From contig OX597816.1 of NCBI GenBank assembly GCA_951406725.2, forward strand, positions 136,648,001 to 136,712,000: a stretch of 64,000 bases of DNA, given 5' to 3'. A model generated the notes under the pieces. The model was not told where the DNA came from. It made no database searches and saw nothing but the letters and a program-made list of their open reading frames with translations. The DNA is from Octopus vulgaris. Lineage: Eukaryota. The position numbers and the translations under genes are program-made. Below are positions 53,955 to 64,000 of the stretch, piece by piece. Numbering within the stretch: the first letter of the stretch is position 1; every line of letters begins with the position of its first letter.

Positions 53955-54812
53955 TGTAGGACAAAAGCCCCACAGATAAAGACCCTTGGACAAAAGCCCC
54001 ACGGTTATATTTTTCCGCTATTTTGGGGGGTTTTTTTCACCTTTTACTTGTTTCAGTCATTAGATTGGCCATGCTGAGGCACCGTCTTGAATAATTTTTA
54101 GTTGAACGTATCGACGCGAGAATTAAAAAAATATTTTTACTTGTTGCTGCAGTTATCAGACTGCGGCCATGCTGGGGCACCGCCTAGAAGAATTTTTAGT
54201 CGCAGAAAAATCAGCATTTTAATATTTAAAATTAAAGTCTTTTGTTTTCTTCTCTCAACACTTACAAATTAATGAGAATGAGCTGACCTTTTGAACTTTC
54301 TCCGGCCGTTCAAGTCCTAACAGGATTCTAGCGCCGAAGGCTACTCATTCAAACGTACTTCTTATCGTTTTTATGTTTTTATGCATTTCTTGAAGTAAAT
54401 GCCTTTCCTCTTGTTAGAATTCAGACAATATGTACATTGAATAGTAAAGAATCTTGTTTTCTTTTATTCTATTCTGCTTATTTATTGTCGATTGAATATA
54501 TTTTGTTTACTTAAAAATTGGAAGTTTGGAAAATGAAAGTTTTTTTCTACAACCGCAATTTCCGTTTTTGTTTACGTGAAATTATAATTTTTTTGTTTTT
54601 TTTTTAAGATTTGGCTTTTATTTGTAGCATGGGGGAAATACCTTGTAGGCTTAATTTCATGTGCTGGTTGAAAATCACCTAACAATAGATTCTAGGGTCG
54701 ATACATTCGACTAAATAAATAAAAATAGTTTTAGAAAATAAAAAAGCAGATTTGAAGAATAACCGAAAAATATAACTGTGGGGCTCTTCCGAGGAGCTTT
54801 TGTCTGGATCCC
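53952..54812. mobile_element. Non-autonomous DNA transposon with GACAAAAGCCCC terminal repeats, inserted in (TA)n
   Basis: Left end ggacaaaagccccac twice + gttatattttt; right end reverse complement agacaaaagctcc..agccccacagttatattttt. Confidence 0.65.
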
Positions 54813-54836
54813 ATATATATATATATATACTCTTTT

Positions 54837-54888
<52 letters not shown>

Positions 54889-55112
54889 TTTTTACTTGTT
54901 TCAGTCATTTGACTGCGGCCATGCTGGAGCACTGCCTTTAATCGAGCAACTTGACTCCGGGACTTATTCTTTTGTAAGCCCAGTACTTGTTCTATCGGTC
55001 TCTTTTGCCGAACCGCTAAGTAACAGGGGCATAAATACACCAGCATCGGTTGTCAAGCAATGCTAGTGGGACGAACACAGACACACAAACACACACACGT
55101 ATATATATATAC

Positions 55113-55228
<116 letters not shown>

Positions 55229-55252
55229 TCGTATATATATATATATATATAC

Positions 55253-55288
<36 letters not shown>

Positions 55289-55304
55289 GAGCAAGCGCTA
55301 ATCC

Positions 55305-55416
<112 letters not shown>

Positions 55417-55426
55417 GTATATATAC

Positions 55427-55458
<32 letters not shown>

Positions 55459-55631
55459 GTATATATACGTATATATATATATATATACGTATATATATAT
55501 ACGTATATTTGAAAACCCACTAGAATGGGAGCAAGCAAGCGCGTAATCCGAATGATATGATATATATGTAAAAAATGTAATATATAAATAAATATCTACA
55601 AATATGAACCATCTGATCTGATTACCTCAAT

Positions 55632-55671
<40 letters not shown>

Positions 55672-55974
55672 TATTATTATTATTATCATTATTGTTTTTT
55701 CGTATTTTTGTATTTTTATTCGTGTAACATCGTCTGTTTTCCGTCCTTGTTTTGTATACATTCGAGGCTTTCTTCCAAGGAATCTAATGCGTTTGGCTTA
55801 GATTTTCCCTTGGGGCTGGCCAGGTCGGAGCAATCTCAAGATTAATCAGCCGAAATTGCGAAGATGATCCGGTTCTTGACTGAAGATTGAAGGCTTCGAA
55901 TGTTCCGTCCGTGTTTTTTGTATCGTCTTCTAAATGTTTCACGTTTTTGTCCCAGTTTGTATTTTTTTTACATT

Positions 55975-56032
<58 letters not shown>

Positions 56033-56191
56033 TATGACGGGCTTCTTTCAGTTTCCGTCTACCAAATCTACTCACAAGGCTTTGGTCGGCCCGAGGCTAT
56101 TGTAGAAGACACTTGCCCAAGGTGCCACGCAGTGGGACTGAACCCGGAACCATGTGGTTGGTAAACAAGCTACTTACCACACAGTCACTAT

Positions 56192-56252
<61 letters not shown>

Positions 56253-56648
56253 AATGGCTGTCCACTCGTGACCGAAGAAGCCCATCACTGACCATTTCCT
56301 TTACAAAATGTCAGCAATACCTGTGTATTAAGGTTATTGCACCAAGGTCGTCTTCACTCGGGTTCGTGTCCGCGGTTTCCACAGTTACCGCAGTGACCTC
56401 CTACTCGACCGGGCATCTGAAAGTCGCCCCACTAGCGATCATGCAACTTGAAATTCTCTGCGCAATAGGGTTTGCCCAACACCTCACAGATCCTCGCCGC
56501 CTTATTGACATGATCCAGAGACAAGCCAGTGCATGATATCCAATTCCAATATAGGTCGCATGCTCATACATACATACATTCATACATACATACATACATA
56601 CATACATACATACATACATACATACATACATACATACATACATACATT

Positions 56649-56863
56649 CGAAGGTTGCTGAGAAGTTCCTGGTTTTGGGTAAAAGAAAACACAGGAAGGT
56701 CAGTTGATTATGATTTTATTCAACACATTCCCCTCTCAGATTCACACACTTATTGCAGCGGTTCTTCAGTATTTTTAAGCCTCGTAAAAGAACTTGGAAA
56801 GTTGAGCCTCCAACCACGCCTTTGCGACACCCTTAATGCCAGGAACTTTCCAGTACTCCCTCG
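56649..56863. mobile_element. mariner-type MITE
   Basis: cgaaggttgctgagaagttcctgg / ccaggaactttccagtactccctcg|ta. Confidence 0.75.
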
Positions 56864-56979
56864 TATATAATACGTACGCGCGCAAGTAAAACTGCAGAGC
56901 AAAACAAGGTGAAAAAATAGCGCTCGAGTACCAGAGGCAGTGTTATATACTATTTTATTAAAGCTGAGAATTCTTCACA

Positions 56980-57021
56980 AACTGTTACTCCAAGTTTCAC
57001 GTGACCGTTCTTCAGACAATT
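56980..57021 (-). ncRNA. Minimal type I hammerhead ribozyme motif (Penelope-like repeat)
   Basis: AAUUGU-CUGAAGA-ACG(GUCA)CGU-GAAAC-UUGGA-GUA-ACAGUU: canonical core, 6-bp stem I, 3-bp stem II, minimal stem III. Confidence 0.6.
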
Positions 57022-57148
57022 GTGATCACAACTGTCGGATGAACAGTCACGTGAAGCTAAAAACAAAAAAAAATAAAGGACTGAGACAAGTGGGGGAATA
57101 ACAAACAAGGTGTATTAGTTTGACGCTCAGGAAAAATGGAAAAAGTCT

Positions 57149-57452
57149 TTGACATTTCGAGCCTATGCTCTTCTACAGAAAGGAATGAGTAGAAAAACAG
57201 CTGGAGAGAGAAAAAAAAACATGTCTGAGTTAACGTTTGCATACATTGAGTTTACCGGAAGAAAGGAATTGGTCGGAAACGAGGGTGGCAAGGAGGACAA
57301 CAGCAACCTTGCCACCCTCGTTTCCGACCAATTCCTTTCTTCCGGTCAACTCAATGTATGCAAACGTTAATTCAGACATGTTTTTTTTTTTCTCTCTCCA
57401 GCTGTTTTCTCCTCATTCCTTTCTGTAGAAGAGCATAGGCTCGAAATGTCAA
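57149..57452. repeat. Near-perfect long inverted repeat (arms ~145 bp, 13-nt loop)
   Basis: 57149-57293 is the reverse complement of 57307-57452 with only a few mismatches; loop aggacaacagcaa. Confidence 0.95.
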
Positions 57453-57996
57453 GTGTGCTTACGTAAGCATGTGTGTGTACATGAGGATAATGTGTGCTTG
57501 TGCATGCGCATGTGAACAAGCATATGTGTGACTATGAAGATTATGTGAATGTGTGTATGTGCATGTGTTGGAGCGTACATGTGTGTATGTATGTGAGTAA
57601 ACAAGTATATGCGCGTGTATGGAGTGATGTGTTTGTGTGAGCTCTGTGTATTTATGCGTGCGCGTGTGTCGACGTATGTATATATGTAGAAGTGTGAGCC
57701 AGTCTCTTACGTATGTCTTTAGGAGGCTATCAGATGTATGTGCAAATGCATATGTGTAGCAGCCACTGTGCGTGCGTATATTTTGTGCAAGTATCGTGTG
57801 TGCGTGTATGTTCTTGTGTTGCTTTTAGGTGGATGTGTGTAAAAGGTAGTCGAGCATAAGTGTGTGTATGCGTGTGTGCATATGACATTGTTTGCGTGTG
57901 TATTATATGTGTATGCGCGAATATTGTCTGTGTTTGTGTCAGTATGTATGTGAGCGAATGTACGTGTCCCTGTTATCAGCTGGTATATGTATATAG

Positions 57997-58215
57997 CAGT
58001 GCTTTTCAAACTTTTTGCTGGAGCGGAACCCCAAGGAAGCATTCCACAGGCTCGAGGAACCCCTGTGCAATAATGTAATAGTCTTATGCACTCATATCTG
58101 CACTGGAGAATTAAAAATTACTGCCGATTTTAGTAGTTTTGTAACTTCTTGCGGAACCCCTGGACTGTACTAGCGGAACCCTAAGGTTCCGCGGAACCCT
58201 GGTTTAAAACCACTG
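57997..58215. mobile_element. hAT MITE
   Basis: TIR CAGTGcTTTTcAAAC / GTTTAAAACCACTG; TSD gtatatag / gtatatgg; repeated ggaaccc motifs. Confidence 0.85.
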
Positions 58216-58478
58216 GTATATGGGGTTGTTGATAAATTGTGTGTGCGTGTGTATTTTGTGTTTGTGCATATGTGTGTGAGAGCACTTTTATGTATGTATG
58301 AAGCTATCTGATGTGTCAGGGGGCGAATGGATTCTATCTATGTAGCAGCTCGTCGAATGGATTCTATCTATAGCAAAAAAATATATATATATACACCATG
58401 GCCACACTCTTTGTTACACTGTTCCGACCGAAAAATTACGTTGACGTTACAAGTGTTTGTGAACTACTCGGCTGCTTA

Positions 58479-58856
58479 GATGTCTTGCAAACAACTTGCA
58501 CATGCAAGTGCTACCAGTTAAAAGCTCCGTATACCGGAAGCTAGCAAGTGTATGGGGTCATCAGGAGAGAATGCGCGCCGTTTCGGGGCCTACCTCTCGA
58601 CGGCATCAATGCGCACCGGCCCCCCTCACTGATATGAGGCCCCGCTTGCTAGATCAGCTGGTTATGAAGAACTCAATATACTTCTAGCCATCGCTCATCG
58701 TCTCTTTTTAATCAAATCCAGTGGCTAGCCTTCTCCACTGTAGATTGGATATCAGTCATGGTGGTATTGACTTTACGATGAGTTAGGCCTAGCGATAACA
58801 ACAGTCGTCTCACGCTGTGTCCAACAAACCCTCTACATCCGACTTCGATAGGAAAA
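58479..58856 (-). mobile_element. 5'-truncated HERO/R2-superfamily (restriction-like endonuclease) non-LTR retrotransposon
   Basis: 58855-58673 translates FPIEVGCRGFVGHSVRRLLLSLGL...VEKASHWI*LKRDDERW, the RLE C-terminus. Flanked by a perfect 25-bp direct repeat (58454-58478, 58857-58881). Confidence 0.85.
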
Positions 58857-59161
58857 TGTTTGTGAACTACTCGGCTGCTTATAAGTTAAGTGTCGTTCAT
58901 TTAAAAACTCATTATCGAAGCCGAGAGACGTAGATCCATTTAGTTTATGTGTGTGTAATGGGTTCAAAGTTTGGCTCAAGTCTAGCAATTTTAGAGGCTG
59001 AAGTAAGTCGATAGGATGAACCTAGTGCTTGACAACAGGCACTTATATTGCAGAGTTGCGCTGATTGATCTTTATGGTCGTTGTGGTCTTTGGTGTAAGA
59101 TTATAATAGATTAGGTTGGCTCGCAAGTATTTTATAGTATATTTATTTAAGGAAAGGCTGA

Positions 59162-59221
<60 letters not shown>

Positions 59222-59225
59222 TATA

Positions 59226-59309
<84 letters not shown>

Positions 59310-59509
59310 AGGAGAATCCACGAAAAAAACAAAAGACTAAGACAGGTGGTGTAGAAAGCAAACAGATGTATTAGTATAACGCTCGGGAATTGAAAAAGTC
59401 TTTTACGTTTCGAGCCTATGCTCTTCCACAGAAAGGAACACAGAAAGAAACAAGGAGAGAAAAAAATGTGTGTAGTGGCTACCACACACACACACATATA
59501 TATATATAT

Positions 59510-59557
<48 letters not shown>

Positions 59558-62500
59558 GAGATTCAGTTGTTGAATCAGGTACTGAAGTTGAAGCACCAAG
59601 TCAGTCCGGTATTATCCGCACTGCTCGAAGGTGAATAAAATCAAAATAAGCAATAGTCGTACTGCATCTCTACTTGACATCCTGATGCTTATTTTGATTA
59701 TATATATAGGAAGGAAAATGTATACAATATTATGAGAATCTACCGGTTTCTCATTTCGCTAATCATAACATTGAAATTGGTGAAAATATTGCAATTGCAT
59801 ATTTTCTTAAGAAGTATATCTAGTTCAAATTTACAGAAAACAAAAGACAAAGATAGGTGAGAGAACAACAAGCAGGTGTATTCGGGAAGAATGGAAAAGT
59901 CTTTGACGTTTCGAGAAAGAAATGAGAGGGGAAAAAAATGGATAGAAACGAAAAAGCGGACAGGTCCGGTACGCACATTAGTGGCAGGTTGAAAAAAGGA
60001 GAATAAGTTGTCCCTTCCGTCTGTAGACTGGGGTAGCACTTTGGGCAAATGCTAGCAACCCCTTTGCTAGGGAGACGGTGTGGGCGTTAACTAGCAAGTA
60101 AGCTGCTATTGCGGGGCAGCCTCATCGTCGATTATGCTCGGTGCATTCTTGTACACCACTTGCAGTCTGGTGGTGGTGGTGGTAGGGGACGGTGCCAACT
60201 GCCTTACCGTCCAAGACAAATTGTTCTTGAACAGAACAGTCAACGTCGACCTAAGAAGGACAGCCGACGAGTGTGTGTGTGTAAGGATTTTTAGATACTG
60301 GTAAAGTGACGTAGGATATAGGGATCAACTTTAATAGTGCCTAAATGTTACAAGCATTAATGGCTTACTGCAAAGTCAGGAACGAGTTGGCCTTAAATGG
60401 AAATCGAGACGTGGATTTATAGATTGAATCCTGTCACTCGGATGATACTTCAAAGTTGTTTATATGGGGTAACTTTGCATTAAGGAGTGGAACATACAAT
60501 TTCCTGCAATCCAGGCCGCCGCATGGTCCTAGCAGACAAAATGGAAAAGGCGTTGCCCCGAAGGATGGCGAGGGCAATGCACTGGAACAGCTACTGTGAC
60601 TTATGGGGGTTCGAGTTTATACGATATCTTCTCACATTTTTGGCTTGTTTGTGATGAGAAGTGAAATAACGTATTTTTAACTGTGTTTACTCAGCCATTA
60701 GTTATCTTGGAGCAAAAGACAGAGTTGTGAGCCCGCCGAATCTTGAGGAAGCTCTGCCTCAGTTTGCTGGTCTGTAACGGGAAGTGGGTTATGTACTCCC
60801 TGGTTGCTCTCAACTGCTGCTCTTATATCTTCGCGGGGGATGCTTATCACAAGAGAAAAGTGCGAAAATTTCAAGAACATTTGGAGATGATGTTCAGACT
60901 TTGTGGCGGGATCTCCCGCAAGTTGATTGGTAGATAAACAGAACATGCACGTGATAATTACATGTTTCAATTGGGATTCACTCATAGCAGTAATCTGATA
61001 ACTTTTGTGAATGGGTTTCCGAATACACTTGTTTTGGTTAACATGTAGTTTCTCGACGTAAAAAGTGAAAGTAAATTGTTAAAAAGATTGAAGTAAATCG
61101 TGATAGAAACCAGAAGCAGCCACAATCTTTTACCAACCACATGCACATCAGTTGAATTATAATTGCTAGAGTCAAATGGCTCTTCTCAAAAAAGGAACTG
61201 GCTCGTATAGTCCAAGTGAATTCACAGGAACACTACCACAGCTTTCAGTCGGTTTTTTCTCTACAGAAATCGTGCAGGATTATTGCATTGTTCACATGTA
61301 GCTATGTTGGTTATGCGTCGATATGCAAACCACCAAATTGCCTTTTCAGTGGTGCTTGAAAAGCGAAGTTGACCTCAGCTGAATTTGAACTCAGAATGTA
61401 AAGAACCCGAAGAAAGCATATTGTCCTCTGTGCTAAAGACTCTGTCAACTCGCCGCCTTTGTATATTAAATAGAAGTGAGGCAGCTGCTATGAAATACTT
61501 AACAGGAATCTAGTGAGAGAAATGTACTTAAGAGCCTTTTGGTGAAAAAGGATAGTCAATAAAGTAGATTGACTAACGATGGATACGGATATGTTGCTCA
61601 TGAAATATAAACAATAGTCCCTGTGATTGATCTAAGCCTTACTCTCTCTCTCTCCTCTCTCACTCACTCCCTCCTTCCCATATCACATCAACACATCTGC
61701 CTCTTGTTTACATTTTTAAAAAAATAGTTTGATCATCTGCATATTTGTTTCTTACAAAGAGGTATGTGGTTCACTTATCACTTAACTTCTTTGCAATGAA
61801 TTTAGATGGAGAGTAGTATAGAAAGTATCTACTTGACCATGTCATATTTGGCCTTTGATATCAGGCATTTAATATATATTTAATATAAAGACAGCAAACC
61901 GGCAGACTCATTAGTATGCCAGGATAAATTCGTAGCGGCATTTCGTCCGTCTTCACGTTCTGAGTTCAAATTCCGCTAAGGTCGACTTCGCACTGCATCC
62001 TTTCGGGGTCTACAAAATATGTACCAGTTGAGTACTTTGGTCGATCTAATCGACCGACCCGCCTCCGAAACTGCTGGCCTTGCGCCAAAATTTGAAACCA
62101 ATATATATTTAATGTAAAGGCGGTGAGCTGGCAGAATCGTTAGCTCCCCGAACAAATGCTTAGCGGGATTTCGTCCGTCTTTCTGCTGAGGTCGACTTTG
62201 TGCTTCATCCTTTCGGGGTTGACAAAATATCTACCAGTTGAGTACTGTAGTCGATCTAATTGTCCTATCCTTCTCCCCACCACACACACACGAAATTGCC
62301 AGAACTTGAAGCCAATATATATTTAATACATGTTGATGCTAATTTATTAAGCGTATCGTCCATTGTCAAATAGGAAAAGTGTTCTAGATACTTTCCATTA
62401 TTGACAGCTAATTTTTTTTATTTGTTAAAAGATTAGAAAATAAAGTATTACACTAATGAGACAAGGTGTTCATTGGCGGACTTTCTTTCGGAGTAGCTAT

Positions 62501-63391
62501 CACTATCTCATTGAGAAAATTACCAGAAAAATTTACCGGAAAAGGGCATGGAATTGGATGGTAAAAGTGTTTTAAAAAACCCCCCAAAAAAAAACAGAAT
62601 GAAATAAAGACTCAATTCATGGCCCTTTTTCGGCACGAGATTCACTGATCAACTGTTACAGTCGTCTCACAAGTGTAATGGGGTGTTTGGGGCTTTTTCT
62701 TTTTACTAATCCGTTAGTAAATAGAAAATTGGCTGTCGATAATAAGAAAGTACCGTGTCATGTAATGATTTAGTTACATGTTAAAAATAAAGGGTTTTTT
62801 TTTTGACAGGTTATTGAATAACGCAAAATTTAACCAAATGAAACCAATAATTTTAAAGCTATTCTCCTGGTGCATTAGATCTGGTGTTAACATAGTCGTA
62901 GAGATGCATCAAATGGCAAATTGTTGATACACTAGCCTTAAGTTTGAAATATAAATCCACCACTACTAAACCGAACGGAAAAGGAGCTTGATGTGCTAGA
63001 AATAGTAACTAGATCTCCTTCATATGATACTTATTGACTTTGAAAAAAAAACGGGAAGATACATTAGAAAGCTCTTGACATAGAAAAAGACAGGATGGTC
63101 GTAGCTGAACGTCATTGATAACAGACTAGGTCTTTATCGTCGCTACGCTGCCGGTAAAAATATTTGCTAATCATGCATGTACCTTCATAAACAGTTCAAA
63201 GTGAAAGTCTGTATCGCGTTGTCTATAAATTAAAAGACAGAGAAACGCACACATACACATACACAAACAATAAAAAAGAATAACTATGTATCTATATATA
63301 TAGTTTTTTTTAAAGTGTGTTGTTTTGACAGACTTGCGCTTAAAATTCCCGCGTTTTAAATCAAAACTTGTTAGTTATTATGGTGGCAACA

Positions 63392-63458
<67 letters not shown>

Positions 63459-64000
63459 GCTAGCTAGTTAGCTAGCTAGCTAACTAGCTATCACACGCGC
63501 GCACTCACTCTCTCACTGTTTCTCTCTCAACAACAAATTTTTTCCCTCCCTTCTAAAAATACGCTGTGACATATAATTTGATTCCTTCCCTTCTTCCCCC
63601 CTCTAATAGATATTGTGCAGAACAGAAAGACAAAAATTCGCTTCTCTTTTATAATATAAGATTTGCTCGAGTAAGAATGACCTGAAGCCAGGGTGGTACT
63701 AACGATGAAACATAGTAAAAATGTGGTTAAGGGATCAACGGAAGGGGACATCACAATTTTTTTTTTCCAAATCCAGATTTACCATGGTGCAAATGGTAAA
63801 CTAAAGCAATTTTAAAAAGATCAGTTAAGTGTTGAAAAATGTGCATTTCCCCTATTATTTAAGTTATTTGTAAATAATTTGTTTTACATTGATTTTTGCT
63901 ATTTAGTGTTAAATAAACAAGACTTCAAAAGCATGAAGTATCTAATGTACTGTAAAAACAAAAACAAAGAAATGCAAAAAAAAACCTGTATTTCTAAAAC

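Noticed and set aside
62795-62930. Possible exon after ttttttgacag at ~62809
   Set aside because: Only a short open frame with no recognisable homology or convincing donor site.
63393-63492. Palindromic (CTAG)-rich stretch after (CTAT)n
   Set aside because: Self-complementarity follows trivially from the tetranucleotide repeat.

Overview
Eukaryotic, AT-rich, repeat-dense animal DNA. The SINE, MITE and microsatellite landscape looks like an octopus (coleoid cephalopod) genome; this is inferred from recalled repeat families, not from a search. The first 34 kb carry the last seven coding exons of a + strand WAPL gene (wings apart-like, cohesin release factor; 2362-33970, all GT-AG, frame consistent, ending ...SIARVIETLEAC*). 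A probable ~3.5 kb, nearly SINE-free 3' UTR follows. The introns and the downstream ~26 kb are made of tRNA-derived SINEs, RTE, CR1/L2-like, Tx1-like, HERO-like and Penelope-like retroelement remnants, Tc1/mariner, hAT and piggyBac-like MITEs, Helitron pieces and microsatellites. No second host gene was recognised. The most striking unexplained structure is at the RNA level. A 5'-truncated HERO/R2-type retroelement (58479-58856, - strand, 25-bp flanking direct repeat) has a 3' UTR containing all three hammerhead-ribozyme core strands in a non-circularly permuted order. Several families of short, often palindromic Penelope-like remnants carry minimal hammerhead cores, one within a near-perfect ~145-bp-arm fold-back. 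Almost all ORFs in the supplied track are microsatellite or SINE artefacts.
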